Source: Candidatus Hydrogenedentota bacterium (GTDB taxonomy: Bacteria > Hydrogenedentota > Hydrogenedentia > Hydrogenedentales > SLHB01). Taken from it: 64,000 bases of DNA. The stretch lies in contig CAVUWV010000001.1 of assembly GCA_963745075.1 (NCBI GenBank), forward strand, positions 288,001 to 352,000, written 5' to 3'. This document shows positions 1 to 12,515 of the stretch, piece by piece. Every line of letters begins with the position of its first letter. Position 1 is the stretch's first letter. The notes beneath the pieces are model-generated. The model was not told the DNA's origin and ran no database searches. It saw nothing but the letters and a program-made list of their open reading frames with translations. The translations under genes were made by a program, and so were the position numbers.

Positions 1-1830
1 AAACCGGAGAGGACGGGGCATTCACGCTTTCCGGCTTACTTGCGGGCTCGTACGACTTGGATTTGATGCCGCCCGATACCGAGCGTTTCATTCATCCATT
101 GCCTCCCAACGACCGGCTTGACGTGGTTTGGGGGGAGACCAGATCGGGGCTTCAATTGGTTTTGGACCTCGGGATCTCCATATCCGGCACGTGTATGACC
201 GTGCGGGCCAGCCGATAGGGGACGCTTATGTGCAAGGTGGAGGAAGCTACGCGCGAACGAAGGGCGACGGTTCGTACCAACTCACGGGACTGACTCCTGA
301 CCGCTGTGAAATCTCGGTTCGCCATGATGAATACGTTGACAACAGGTTACCCCAAGTGGCGGCGGGCAGCACCGGCATCGACTTCATACTGGAGCGCCGA
401 GGCGCGATTGAAGGTCAGGTTATCGACGCCTTGACGGGGCAACCTATCGAGCGCTTCAGAATTACGCATTTCCCCGAGCCATACACGCCCTTCTATCCCG
501 GTTGGGAACGAGACCTGAAGGAACAGTCCGACCCGAACGGTGCGTTTCGCATCGCCAACGTCACTCCCGGAGCGGCGAAGGTCGTCGTTCTGGCGGAGGG
601 CTACCTGCAAGCCGATGTCGATGTGGAGAAGGTGCTCACCTGGACAGACCGTGAAGGATGTCGTAATCCGCCTACAGCCAGGACTGACCCTGGAAGGCCG
701 CGTCGTCGATACCAACGGCCGTCCCCTCTCAAACGTCGGGATAATCCCAAGTACGGTGCGCCCAGGATTTCCGATACCGCCAACCATCACTACGCGAACC
801 GGCGATGACGGAACATTTGTCTTGACGGGCTTGTCGGAAGAGACTATGACAGTCGCAGCCGTACTGCCCGGGATACGCGCCCTCTGTTGAATCCGTCTCC
901 GTCGCGCCGGCGCGAATGAACCGACGTGACGATTACGTTGGCTTCAGGGGCAGCCATTCACGGCACGATGTACGTTAACGGGGTGCCGTCGCCGGAAAAG
1001 TCGTCCGAATTGCACGCGTCTGCGCAGATCGGTGATGCACCGCAGACGACAACAACTTCAAACGGCGGCTACCACTTCGCTGAAGTTCCCCCCGGAGAGG
1101 TGATTGTTTTGGCGACCCTTGACGGCGATTTGACGCAACCGTTGACTCAATATCGCACGCTCAGCCAAAGAGCAATAGTCTCGGACGGACAGTCCTTGAT
1201 TTTGGATTTCCGCTATACCGCTGGCAACGCGTCAGTCGAAGGAGGTCGTAACCGATAGAGCTGAGCCCATCGCAGTGCGCAGGTCACACTCCTCGTGGAT
1301 ACCTCGTCTGGGAAGGAGGAGCATTCATACGGACGATGAACCCGGAAGACAACAGGCATTTCCGATTCGCTGGTTGTACCCGCAGGATCCGCTCAGCTCA
1401 ACGGTCACCGAACAAGTGGACACAATAACCGGCGCAGTTCTTTCGACATAGGCAAAGGCGAGGCCGTCACAAAAGATATCGACTTCGCTGAAGGCCGCGC
1501 AAGTATTCAGGCCAGGGTTACCGGCCTGCAACCCGAGGAGAAGATGATGCTCGTGGCGATCCGGGGCGAAATCGAGGCCGGCGAGTATACGGAGTCCCTG
1601 TCGGAAGTGTTGCGGCGGTACGGTCCTCAAACCGCCGGGCGAAAGTCAACAAGTCGAAAACGGCGACTGCGACTGGTACGGACTCGAGCCCGAGTCGCTA
1701 CACCATCGTCTCCGCGGTTTCCACGGGCGTTTCCGGCGCCATTCTGGTTGACGCCACGACTCCCTTTACCCTCGTTCCCATCGAGGTCGATGGCAAGACA
1801 ACGCAATTGATTGACATTGCCGCGCGGTAG
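1..1830 (+). pseudogene. 3' part of a large carboxypeptidase-regulatory-like (beta-sandwich) repeat protein, broken by several frameshifts
   Basis: Consecutive ORF pieces in different frames (128-808, 540-890, 926-1258 and onward to TAG at 1828-1830) repeat motifs such as GAIEGQVIDALTGQPI, LEGRVVDTNGRPL and TGDDGTFVLTGL. The breaks may be assembly indels. Confidence 0.6.
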
Positions 1831-2079
1831 CGCCGGACTAGTGCCCTGAGTTTCAAGTTCCTTCCCAATGATCCCGCGCCATGGGCAATCGAAAGTTCCC
1901 CTTGGAGGACGGGCCGACAAAAGTGAAAAGACTGCGGGACACGGACAATTCAGTGTGAACCGAAAACGCTGTAGTCGTCGGCACGGCGGCAAAACTACGA
2001 CCATTTCGGCACATATTGTCTCTGGAGGTCCTTGCTGTCCCTACTGTCTCTGAAACGCCCGGCCAGACTTCTGTCGGCC

Positions 2080-2799
2080 CTATCGTTGAAAGGGATTCAG
2101 GGGGTTGTTCCCATCCAATCGTCGATGTGGCGTATAGAACGGACTAGGAACCGGTCTCATAATCTTCGCCAACATCCCCTCAAAATCCGCGCGCCACGAC
2201 GCAGACAAACCATCAACGCGCAGCACCTTCTCGATGCCCTCCCGATTGCCATTGTCGAAAAACCGTACGTGATTGGCGAATTGAACCGTGACTTGTTCCG
2301 GGTCGAGTCGCATGAGTTCGATGGGATCGCCCGCGGCGAGTTCGCCTTCTTCCACGACGCGGAGGTAGAAGCCGGAGCGTTCGCTTTCGAGGAAGAGTTT
2401 GACGATCTCGGGCATGCCCATGCGGATGCCGAGTTTGAAACAGGGCTGGCGCGGTTGCGTGACCTGGACCACGGCGGTTCCGACGCGAAAAACGTCGCCG
2501 ATATGGACCTCCGTTTCGAGCAGGCCTTCGGTTGTAAGGTTCTCCCCGAACTGGCCAAAGGTGAAATCGCTGCGGTCCAGTTGCTCGCGCCAATAGGCGT
2601 AGTGTTCGTAGGGATAGGCGTAGACAGCCTTGTCCGCGCCGCCGTGGTAGCGCGGGTCGGCCTGGCCGTCGCCGTCGAGATTATGCTTGGGCAGCGTGAT
2701 TCGGCCCGACACCGGGCTCTTGAAGATGCCGGTCATAACCGGTCCCTTCGGGCCCTCTACTTCACGGGGCGTGCCGACGTTTAGTGATACCAGGTGCAT
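2080..2799 (-). CDS. MOSC domain protein (YiiM-like, with C-terminal 3-alpha region)
   Basis: Motifs GDGQAD..HGG.DKAV, FGENLT, VTQPRQPCFKL and SGFYLRVVEEG. Confidence 0.9.
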   Translation of the reverse strand: MHLVSLNVGTPREVEGPKGPVMTGIFKSPVSGRITLPKHNLDGDGQADPRYHGGADKAVYAYPYEHYAYWREQLDRSDFTFGQFGENLTTEGLLETEVHIGDVFRVGTAVVQVTQPRQPCFKLGIRMGMPEIVKLFLESERSGFYLRVVEEGELAAGDPIELMRLDPEQVTVQFANHVRFFDNGNREGIEKVLRVDGLSASWRADFEGMLAKIMRPVPSPFYTPHRRLDGNNPLNPFQR

Positions 2800-2844
2800 G
2801 TTGTAAATCCGTTAGGTGGTTTAATCTCTCAATTCAAGAGAATA

Positions 2845-3002
2845 CACAGCCGAGGGCGGCTGTGCCACACTCGCTTGTCCAATAGTCAATCTTTCGGTTA
2901 CCTGTCGCTGTGATTGGTTAGGCCAGTACCTCTGACGGAATGGGATTGCACGACGTATTTACACTAAGACGTGTGGCACAGCCACGCCACGGCGTGACTG
3001 TG
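2845..3002. repeat. Inverted REP doublet (CACAGCCG..GGCGGCTGTGCCACAC family) with 100-bp spacing
   Basis: 2845-2870 reads cacagccgagggcggctgtgccacac; the inverted variant at 2971-3002 reads gtgtggcacagccacgccacggcgtgactgtg. The same motif recurs at 12370 and 29098-29937. Confidence 0.8.
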
Positions 3003-3045
3003 GTCTTTGAGGCATGAAATTCAATTCCGACCGTGGTTCCTTGAC

Positions 3046-3815
3046 TCACTCCATCTCCACATACCGGCGTGCCCACGCGGCAATCACTTCGCCGGCGTAC
3101 CGGGCATCGGCCTCTTTGCTCAACAGAGTGGTCGGCCGTGTCCAGACTCACAAAACTCTTCGGATGCCGCGCCGCCTCGAAGAGCTTCGCCCGCGTTATC
3201 GATGTGGACCGTCGTGTCCTCCGGCGAATGCAGGATCAGCAAAGCCCGGCCAAGATTCGCGACTACTTCATTCCAGTTGTCGTGGCGCAGGCTCTCCAGG
3301 AATTCCCGCCGGATCGTATACGTCTGCCCACCGATGGTGACTTCCGCCGCACCCGTCTTCTCGATGTCCTCATTCACCCGCGACAAGAGGTCGGCGAGAC
3401 TTCCCGGGCTATGCGGCGCCGCCAAGGTAACGACGGCCGTGCACGCCGGGATGAACTCCGCCGCCTGCAACACCGCCGCTCCTCCCAGCGAATGCCCCAG
3501 CAACAGGTTGGGCGCGGCGTAGTGCTGCTCCATGTACCGGGCTGCCGCCAACAGGTCCTCCACATTCGACGTAAACGTGGTCTCCTCGAATTCGCCGCCG
3601 CTTTGTCCAAGCCCGGTAAAGTCGAAGCGGAACACGCCCCACCCACGGTCGGTCAACGTCCGCGCGATGTTCACGAGGCCTTTGTAGTCCTTCGAACAGG
3701 TGAAGCAGTGGGCGATGAGCGCGTAGGCGCCCGGGTCCCCTGAGTCGGGATGGTCGATACGAGCGGCCAGTGCATGCCCATCGCTGCCTGCGAATTCTAT
3801 GGAGGTTGTCTTCAT
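3046..3815 (-). CDS. Alpha/beta hydrolase like the N-terminal domain of OsmC-fused esterases; frameshifts near the 3' end
   Basis: AHCFTCSKD, RFDFTGLGQS.G, GHSLGG and LLILHSPED. The expected tail (HPKSFVSLDTADH...IAAWARRYVEME*) continues in other frames to the stop at 3046. No OsmC domain follows. Confidence 0.8.
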
Positions 3816-4249
3816 ATTATCTTCCGCCTAACCAGAACGATTCCCCAGTAGGAATTCGTATGTCTGTCAAAAATCCGTCAAGCGAAAACATCCCGTGGTC
3901 CCCAGGGTTTCGAGAATTTGGAATTGGGCTCACGTGATGCGAAACGCGAATTCAACGGTTTCGTTCCCGTGAAACGCTTGATAATCGGTGGTTTGATCCC
4001 GACGAATTCGCAATTGCATTCGGGCAATTCCAAGGAATGACACTCCGTCATTTCCTCCCACTCTAAGCAGTTCGTCGAGGACAATTATTGACGGCATAAA
4101 CTCAAGCATCACGTTTGTTTCTCTTTCAGTATCGTCTATATGCGCCTGCGATTCCGCAGCACAGACGTTGATATACTCCTCCTCACAGATGCCGGCGGCT
4201 GGTCACAGCCTTTGTGCCGGGGCCAACCATAACACAAGGAAACGCTGCC

Positions 4250-5236
<987 letters not shown>

Positions 5237-5547
5237 GGCGCCTTCGGGTATCCCCGTTTAACGGGCATAATCTTGACCGATCCGGCGTTGTCAATGCAGA
5301 GTATTGACCGTATTGGGGTCTTTCCCCCGCTTGAATGAAGCCGGGAATTTGGCCTACAATACCGTTTTTCCAAGCGTAACCGATTTCATTGCAAGGCACG
5401 CGGAGAAAGTCGGGCGCCGGCGAGGGGCCAGGTCGTGAGTACCGAGGCATACCCGGCGCAGGGCAGATAGTCAGACGCGGTACCGGGTCCCGTCGGTAGG
5501 CGTCCGTCCTCGGACGCACCCAAATTCCCCTATGAGGTGAGCGAATC

Positions 5548-8229
5548 GTGGCAACCAACGTAGAAGAATACGATGTAGACGAGATTGTCGAGGCCGAGAC
5601 ACGCGAGTGGCTCCAATCCCTCAATTACGTCATCGAGAACGAGGGTGCGGACCGGGTAATCCATATTCTGCGTCAGTTGCAGATTCGAGCCCAGGCCGCC
5701 GGGGTCAAGTTTCCATTCACGGCCAACACGCCCTATGTAAACACCATTCGGCCCGAAGACCAGCCATCGTATCCCGGCAGTCGCGAAATCGAGCGGCGGA
5801 TCAAGAGCATCATCCGATGGAACGCCATGGCCATGGTCGTGCGGGCCAATCGCGAGGAACACGGCATCGGCGGTCACATTTCGACGTACGCGTCCGCCGC
5901 GACGTTGTACGAAGTCGGTTTCAACCACTTCTTCCGGGGCACCGGCAAGGATCACAGCGGCGATCAGGTCTACTTTCAGGGCCATGCCTCCCCCGGGATC
6001 TATTCGAGGGCCTTCCTCGAAGGCCGATTGTCCATCGAGCAACTCGAAAACTTCCGGGCGGAGTTGCAGCCGGGTGGAGGATTGTCATCCTATCCGCACC
6101 CCTGGCTCATGCCCGAGTTCTGGCAATTCCCGACGGTCTCCATGGGGCTGGGTCCCATCATGGCCATTTACCAGGCCCGCTTTAACCGCTATCTCGAAGA
6201 CCGGGGTCTCAAAAAGGACAACGGGAACAAGGTCTGGGCGTTCCTCGGCGACGGCGAAACCGACGAACCGGAAACCCTGGGCGCGATTACGTTGGCCGCG
6301 CGCGAGAAACTCGACAATCTAATCTTCGTCATCAACTGCAATCTCCAGCGCCTGGACGGCCCCGTCCGCGGGAACGGAAAGATCATTCAGGAATTGGAAG
6401 CCATCTTCCGCGGCGCCGGCTGGAACGTCATCAAGGTGGTCTGGAGCAGCGAATGGGATCCCCTGCTGTCCCAGGATACCCAGGGGCTCCTCGTGAAGCG
6501 GATGGGCGAAGTCGTTGACGGCCAGTACCAGAAATATACGGTCGAAGACGGAAAATACATTCGCGAACATTTCCTCAACGGCGATCCGCGGCTGCTCAAT
6601 CTCGCCCGGGGTCTCACGGACGAACAACTCCGCAAAATCAAACGCGGCGGTCACGATCCCGAGAAGGTCTACGCCGCGTATCACGCCGCCGTTAACCATC
6701 AGGGTCAGCCGACGGTCATTCTCGCGAAGACGATTAAAGGCTACGGCCTCGGCGAGAGTGGTGAAGGCAAGAACATCACCCATCAGCAGAAGAAACTGAA
6801 CGAAGACGAACTGCGCGAATTTCGTACCCGCTTCGGGATTCCGATTTCCGATGAAGACGTGGCCCGCGCGCCCTTCTACCGGCCCGCCGAGAACAGCCCC
6901 GAAATGGTCTACCTTCGCGAGCGGCGTGATTCGTTGGGCGGGTACATGCCCACGCGTGCCACCTCATGTCAGCCCTTCGAGATGCCCGACCCCGCTGCCT
7001 TCGAAGAGTTTCACGAGGGTTCCGACGACCGCACCTTCTCCACAACCTTCGCATTCGTGCGGATATTGGCGAAGCTGCTCCGCGATAAGAAGATGGGCAA
7101 ATACGTCGTGCCGATCGTTCCGGACGAGGCGCGCACGTTCGGGATGGAATCCCTGTTCCGCCAGGTTGGCATCTACGCGCACGGGGGACAACTCTACGAG
7201 CCGGTCGATTCCGACAGCCTCATCTATTACAAGGAAGCCAAGGACGGACAAATCCTCGAAGAAGGGATTACCGAGGCCGGTTCCATGTCGTCATTCATCG
7301 CCGCGGGCACGGCCTATTCAACGCACGGCATTCCCATGCTTCCGTTCTTCATCTTCTACTCCATGTTCGGATTTCAGCGCATCGGCGACCTGATGTGGGC
7401 AGCGGGAGATACCCGCTGCCGGGGATTTCTGCTGGGCGCCACAGCGGGCCGCACCACGCTCGCCGGCGAAGGCTTGCAGCACCAGGACGGCAACAGCCAC
7501 CTGCTGGCCAGCACCATTCCGAATCTCGTCACCTACGACCCCGCGTTCGCCTACGAACTGGCGGTCATCCTGAAAGACGGTATCCGCCGCATGTACCAGG
7601 AACAGGAAAGCATCTTCTACTACATCACCGTCGGCAACGAGCCGTATGCAATGCCCGCCATGCCGGAGGGGTGCGAAGATGGCATCCTCAAAGGCATGTA
7701 CAAATTCCGCGCGGCAACGGACAAAAAGACCAAGTTGAAGGCGCAGATTCTCGGCAGTGGTTCCATTATGAACGAGGCGTTGAAAGCCCAAGAGATCCTC
7801 GCCGCGGACTACGGGGTCGCGGCCGATGTATGGAGCGTCACGAGCTACAAGGAACTGCGCCGCGACGCACTGGAATGCGAGCGCTGGAATATGCTGAATC
7901 CCGGCGCGAAAAAACAGAAACCCTACGTGGCCGAATGTCTCGAGGGCGAACAGGGCGTGGTGGTCGCGGCTTCGGACTACGTGCAGGCGCTGCCGGACAT
8001 GCTGGGCCGATGGGTTCCCCAGCGGCTCGTTTCTCTCGGCACGGATGGATTCGGCCGCAGCGAATCGCGCCGCGCGTTGCGCGATTTCTTTGAGGTCGAC
8101 GCGCGGTTCATCACGCTCGGGACCCTTCACGGTCTCGCGCAAGAGGGCAAGATCAAGCCGGACGTGCTGCAAAAGGCAATCAAACAACTCGAAATCGACC
8201 CCAAAAAGCCCAATCCCTTGCGCGACTAA
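5548..8229 (+). CDS. aceE: Pyruvate dehydrogenase E1, homodimeric type
   Basis: 893 aa; GGHISTYAS, SSYPHPWLMP, TPP motif GDGETDEPE...NCNLQRLDGPV, GEGLQHQDG. Confidence 0.97.
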   Translation: MATNVEEYDVDEIVEAETREWLQSLNYVIENEGADRVIHILRQLQIRAQAAGVKFPFTANTPYVNTIRPEDQPSYPGSREIERRIKSIIRWNAMAMVVRANREEHGIGGHISTYASAATLYEVGFNHFFRGTGKDHSGDQVYFQGHASPGIYSRAFLEGRLSIEQLENFRAELQPGGGLSSYPHPWLMPEFWQFPTVSMGLGPIMAIYQARFNRYLEDRGLKKDNGNKVWAFLGDGETDEPETLGAITLAAREKLDNLIFVINCNLQRLDGPVRGNGKIIQELEAIFRGAGWNVIKVVWSSEWDPLLSQDTQGLLVKRMGEVVDGQYQKYTVEDGKYIREHFLNGDPRLLNLARGLTDEQLRKIKRGGHDPEKVYAAYHAAVNHQGQPTVILAKTIKGYGLGESGEGKNITHQQKKLNEDELREFRTRFGIPISDEDVARAPFYRPAENSPEMVYLRERRDSLGGYMPTRATSCQPFEMPDPAAFEEFHEGSDDRTFSTTFAFVRILAKLLRDKKMGKYVVPIVPDEARTFGMESLFRQVGIYAHGGQLYEPVDSDSLIYYKEAKDGQILEEGITEAGSMSSFIAAGTAYSTHGIPMLPFFIFYSMFGFQRIGDLMWAAGDTRCRGFLLGATAGRTTLAGEGLQHQDGNSHLLASTIPNLVTYDPAFAYELAVILKDGIRRMYQEQESIFYYITVGNEPYAMPAMPEGCEDGILKGMYKFRAATDKKTKLKAQILGSGSIMNEALKAQEILAADYGVAADVWSVTSYKELRRDALECERWNMLNPGAKKQKPYVAECLEGEQGVVVAASDYVQALPDMLGRWVPQRLVSLGTDGFGRSESRRALRDFFEVDARFITLGTLHGLAQEGKIKPDVLQKAIKQLEIDPKKPNPLRD

Positions 8230-8302
8230 TATTGCGGATGAATGCAGTGGAAGCAGAGGGCCCACGAATCGGAAGAGGTTCCAACGACCATAGGATAGAC
8301 TG

Positions 8303-9673
8303 ATGGCTACAGAATTCAAATTGCCGGCACTCGCCGAAAACGTTGACGAAGTCAACGTGACGAAGATATTTGTCTCCGAAGGCGACGAAATCCAAAAGGA
8401 TCAGCCCGTACTCGAGATCGAAACGGATAAGGCCGCCGCCGAAGTTCCGTCCGACGTGAGCGGCACGATTTCCGAGATTCGTGCGAAAGAAGGTTCTCCC
8501 CTGCGCGTGGGGGACGTGGTCCTCGTCGTGAAGGATGGGGCCGGCGCAAAGAAGAAAGACGAGGCCCCTGCCAAAGAGGAACTCAAAGAAGAGGAACCGA
8601 AGGCGGTAGAGCGAAAGCCGGAAGAACCCAAGGCCAAACAAGAGAAACCGAAACCGGCGGCCGAGGAGCCCCCAAAACAGCCCGAACCGCAAGCCGCTGA
8701 AGAGGCCCCGGCCGAACCGGAGCCGCCCCAAGAAACCCCTCCGGCGCCCGCGCGCCGTGCCGGTAGCGGTCCCGTGCCGGCAGCGCCGAGTGTGCGCCGT
8801 TTGGCCCGCGAGATCGGCGTGGACGTTACCGAGGTGCCGGGTTCCGGTCCTGGCGGTCGCATCTCCATGGACGACGTCAAGAACTACGCGCGTCGCGTCA
8901 ATACCGACGTGCGCGGTCTCTCCGGCGGCGTAGTTTCGATTCGCACGCCCTTGCCGGATTTCACCCGGTGGGGTGAAGTCGAGCGTCAGGCGATGAACAG
9001 CGTGCGCCGACGCACCGCCGAAAACATGGCCACTTCGTGGTCGACGGTTCCGCACGTGACGCAATTCGACAAGGCCGACGTGACCCAGCTCGAGGAACTG
9101 CGGAAGCGCTATGGCAAACGCGTCGAAGCGCAGGGCGGAAAACTGACCGCAACGGCTATCCTCGTGAAGGTCTTGGCCAGCGCGCTGAAGAAGTTTCCCC
9201 AGTTCAACGCCAGCATCGACCTCGCGAACAACGAAATCGTCTACAAGCAGTATTACAACATCGGTGTCGCGGTGGATACGGACCGCGGACTGTTGGTCCC
9301 CGTCATTCACAACGCCGACCGAAAGAACATCGTCGAGATCGCGGTCGAACTCAGCGGCCTCGCCGAGCGCGCGCGGCAGCGCAAAAGCAAGATCGAAGAA
9401 ATGCAGGGCGGCACGTTTACCGTCAGCAATCTGGGCGGCATCGGCGGTACCGCGTTTACGCCCATCGTCAACCCTCCCGAAGTGGCGATTCTCGGTGTGT
9501 CGCGATCCACGGTCGAGCCGGTCTTTGTAGATGGCGCATTCATCCCGCGCACGTTGCTTCCGTTATCCTTGTCCTACGATCATCGCGTGATCGACGGGGC
9601 CGACGGCGCGCGGTTCCTGCGTTGGGTAATTGAAGCATTGGAGCAACCCTTCCTCCTGTTCCTGGAGGGGTGA
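8303..9673 (+). CDS. aceF: Dihydrolipoamide acetyltransferase E2 (single lipoyl domain)
   Basis: Lipoyl motif ETDKA, Pro/Glu/Ala linker, PSVRRLARE binding domain and catalytic DHRVIDG; lies between aceE and lpdA. Confidence 0.95.
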   Translation: MATEFKLPALAENVDEVNVTKIFVSEGDEIQKDQPVLEIETDKAAAEVPSDVSGTISEIRAKEGSPLRVGDVVLVVKDGAGAKKKDEAPAKEELKEEEPKAVERKPEEPKAKQEKPKPAAEEPPKQPEPQAAEEAPAEPEPPQETPPAPARRAGSGPVPAAPSVRRLAREIGVDVTEVPGSGPGGRISMDDVKNYARRVNTDVRGLSGGVVSIRTPLPDFTRWGEVERQAMNSVRRRTAENMATSWSTVPHVTQFDKADVTQLEELRKRYGKRVEAQGGKLTATAILVKVLASALKKFPQFNASIDLANNEIVYKQYYNIGVAVDTDRGLLVPVIHNADRKNIVEIAVELSGLAERARQRKSKIEEMQGGTFTVSNLGGIGGTAFTPIVNPPEVAILGVSRSTVEPVFVDGAFIPRTLLPLSLSYDHRVIDGADGARFLRWVIEALEQPFLLFLEG

Positions 9674-9850
9674 CGAATATCACTTCTATGCGCGCGCCTG
9701 CGTGCGAATTGACCCTCTTCGAGTTCCGTCAATCCGCCGGGCAAAAGACCGGGCGCGCGGTACTGCATACTGGCAAGGTCGTTCAGCAATCGCTGAACGC
9801 GACCGGCGCGACGCGGCACTGCCGCCCGCCGCGCTACAGCGGGATACACT

Positions 9851-11287
9851 ATGAGTGACACGAACGGAAAACACGGGAAGAAAGTGACGGTTATCGGCGG
9901 CGGCCCCGGTGGGTACGCTGCCGCATTCAAGGCAGCCGATCTCGGGCTCGACACGACCATCGTTGACTTGGAGCCGAATCCCGGCGGCGTCTGCCTCTAT
10001 CGCGGGTGCATCCCCTCCAAGGCGCTGCTGCACGTCGCCGAGGTCTTGACCGATGCGCGCGAAGCCGAGTACTGGGGCATCAAGTTCCAGAAACCGAAAA
10101 TCGACCTCGACAAAATGCGCGCGAGCAAGGACGCCGTCGTCGGCAAGATGACGGGCGGGCTCGGCCAGCTTTGCAAAGCCCGGAAAATTACCTTCGTTCA
10201 AGGCCGGGCCAGCTTCGAGGATTCCAATACGATCAAAGTGACGGATGACAAGGGCAAGGAACAAATCCTGAAGACGGATTACACCATCCTTGCCGCCGGC
10301 TCCCGACCGGCATCGTTGCCCGATCTCTATCTCGAATCCGATGCCCTTCTAAACTCGACGACCGCCCTCCAGATTGAAACTATCCCGAAAACCATGCTGG
10401 TCATTGGCGGCGGGTACATCGGCCTCGAACTGGGCTCCGTGTACGCCGCACTCGGCAGCAAGGTCACCGTCGTCGAGATGACCGGCTCGCTCCTACCCGG
10501 CGCGGACACCGACCTCGTCGCCGTCTTAAACAAGCGAATGGAGAAAGTCTTCCAATCCATCCTCCTCAACACGAAGGTCGCGGAATTGAAGCAAGTCTCG
10601 GGCGGCATCGCCGTCACGTTTACCTCGGAAGACGGCAAGGAACGGACGGAGACGTTCGAGCGCGTGCTGGTCAGTATTGGCCGCAAACCCAATTCCAGCG
10701 GTTTAACCCTCAACAATACCGGCGTCACCGTAAACTCTCGGGGATTCGTCGAAGTCGACGCGCAACGGCGGACCAACGATCCCGCCATCTTCGCCATCGG
10801 CGATATCGTGGGCGAGCCCATGCTGGCCCATAAAGCCTCCCACGAAGGCCGCGTCGCGGCCGAGGTCATTGCCGGACACAATGTCGCTTTCGAGCCCTTG
10901 GCGATCCCGGCGGTCGTGTTTACCGATCCCGAGTTAGCGTGGTGCGGTCTCACCGAGAAACAGGCCCAGCAGCAAAACCGGAAAGTGCACATCGCCCGGT
11001 TCCCCTGGGGCGCGTCGGGCCGGGCCTCGACCTTGCATCGAGACGACGGACTCACCAAAATCATTACAGACCCGGATACGGATCAGGTCCTGGGCGTGGG
11101 GATCGTCGGGCCGGGAGCGGGCGAACTCATCGCCCAGGGGGTGATCGCCATCGAGATGGGCGCGACGGCGGAAGACATCGGACTAACCATCCATCCGCAC
11201 CCGACGCTCAGCGAGACGATCATGGAATCCGCCGACCTGATCTTTGGTCAGGGCACGCACGTGTACCGGCCGGCTGGAAAGGACTAG
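9851..11287 (+). CDS. lpdA: Dihydrolipoamide dehydrogenase E3
   Basis: GGGPGG, GGVCLYRGCIPSK, GGGYIG and HPHPTLSE. Confidence 0.97.
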   Translation: MSDTNGKHGKKVTVIGGGPGGYAAAFKAADLGLDTTIVDLEPNPGGVCLYRGCIPSKALLHVAEVLTDAREAEYWGIKFQKPKIDLDKMRASKDAVVGKMTGGLGQLCKARKITFVQGRASFEDSNTIKVTDDKGKEQILKTDYTILAAGSRPASLPDLYLESDALLNSTTALQIETIPKTMLVIGGGYIGLELGSVYAALGSKVTVVEMTGSLLPGADTDLVAVLNKRMEKVFQSILLNTKVAELKQVSGGIAVTFTSEDGKERTETFERVLVSIGRKPNSSGLTLNNTGVTVNSRGFVEVDAQRRTNDPAIFAIGDIVGEPMLAHKASHEGRVAAEVIAGHNVAFEPLAIPAVVFTDPELAWCGLTEKQAQQQNRKVHIARFPWGASGRASTLHRDDGLTKIITDPDTDQVLGVGIVGPGAGELIAQGVIAIEMGATAEDIGLTIHPHPTLSETIMESADLIFGQGTHVYRPAGKD

Positions 11288-11301
11288 AGTATTTTAACTT
11301 T

Positions 11302-11503
11302 TTCCGTGTCCTCTTAATCGTACTTCGTACTCGGTCTCGTACTCGTACTCGAAGAGATGAAGAGTCTTGGCGCGGTGGAGAAACGACGTGTTGGGTCAGC
11401 CAAACCGCAACGTTTCTCGCCCGATGCTCCGAGTACGAGTACGAAGTACGAGAGCGAGTACGTGAGGTCAGCGGCGCTTACGAGAAAACTCAAACTGCTC
11501 TAG
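11302..11503. repeat. Dispersed ~170-200-bp hairpin element (MITE-like or structured RNA), copy 1
   Basis: Homologous to the reverse complements of 54547-54739 and 55982-56149; internal inverted repeat tcgtacttcgtactc/gagtacgaagtacga. Confidence 0.75.
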
Positions 11504-11556
11504 TCCGAGACGGGTAGGGGCCATCGTTTCGAAGAAAAGCGTACGCGGGGTTGCCG

Positions 11557-12321
11557 ATGTATCAGGATAAGAAGGTGGTCGTCGTCATGCCCGCCTACAA
11601 CGCGGCAGCGACGTTGCGCAAGACCTACGACGAAGTAATGGCGCAAGGCATCGTCGATCTCGTCATCGTCGTGGACGACGCAAGTGGCGACGAGACGCTC
11701 GCCATTGCCGAATCGCTCCCCAACACCCAAGTGCACCGCCACGAACGAAACCGCGGCTACGGCGGCAATCAGAAGACCTGTTACCGGCTGGCGATGGACG
11801 CAGGCGGCGACATCATCATCATGGTCCACCCCGATTATCAGTACACACCGAAACTCATTCCCGCCATGGCGGCCATCATCGGCAACGGACTCTACGACTG
11901 CGTGCTGGGTTCCCGCATTCTCGGCGGCTACGCCCTGCGCGGCGGCATGCCCTATTGGCGGTACGTTGCCAACCGTTTTCTCACCTTCGCCGGCAACCTG
12001 ATCATGGGCGCTAAACTGTCGGAGTTTCACACCGGTTACCGGGCCTTTTCCCGCAAGTTGCTGGAAAACCTCCCGATTGACGTCAATTCCGACGACTTCG
12101 TTTTCGACAATCAGATGTTGGCCCAAATCCTCTGGCAAGGCTACGGAATCGCCGAAGTGACCTGCCCGACCCAATACTTCGCCGAAGCCTCGTCCATCAA
12201 TTTTGCCCGGAGCGTGAAGTACGGGTTCGGCTGCCTCGGCACGGCGATGCTCTACCGGCTGGCCCGCATGGGCTTGCTGCGCTCGTCCCTGTTTCCGGTC
12301 CGCGTGGATCGCGTCCCGTAG
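11557..12321 (+). CDS. Glycosyltransferase family 2 (polyprenol-phosphate glycosyltransferase-like)
   Basis: VVMPAYN, VVDDAS.D, NRGYGGNQK, HPDYQY and TGYRAFSR. Confidence 0.92.
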   Translation: MYQDKKVVVVMPAYNAAATLRKTYDEVMAQGIVDLVIVVDDASGDETLAIAESLPNTQVHRHERNRGYGGNQKTCYRLAMDAGGDIIIMVHPDYQYTPKLIPAMAAIIGNGLYDCVLGSRILGGYALRGGMPYWRYVANRFLTFAGNLIMGAKLSEFHTGYRAFSRKLLENLPIDVNSDDFVFDNQMLAQILWQGYGIAEVTCPTQYFAEASSINFARSVKYGFGCLGTAMLYRLARMGLLRSSLFPVRVDRVP

Positions 12322-12369
12322 ACTTCCCGTCAGCCTTAACCTCTAACCCCACAGTCGGCGGAGCTAGAG

Positions 12370-12395
12370 GTGTGGCACAGCCGCCCCCGGCTGTG
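12370..12395. repeat. REP palindrome gtgtggcacagccgcccccggctgtg
   Basis: Identical to the REP in each 229-bp array unit. Confidence 0.8.
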
Positions 12396-12515
12396 GTCTC
12401 TTCGAGTATCAAGCGTTCGGCAAATGATTTCGTGTACAATGTCTCCATCGGCGCAGGTTCACTGCCGCCGGGAATATTCCTGCTGTCTGGAACGTCTTTG
12501 TTCCTAACGGTTTAA

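Noticed and set aside
3878..4112. Short ORFs in an AT-richer intergenic stretch
   Set aside because: No recognisable motif; possibly a remnant but cannot be supported.
9670..9858. 62-aa ORF between aceF and lpdA
   Set aside because: Overlaps both neighbours but has no recognisable motif; insufficient support.
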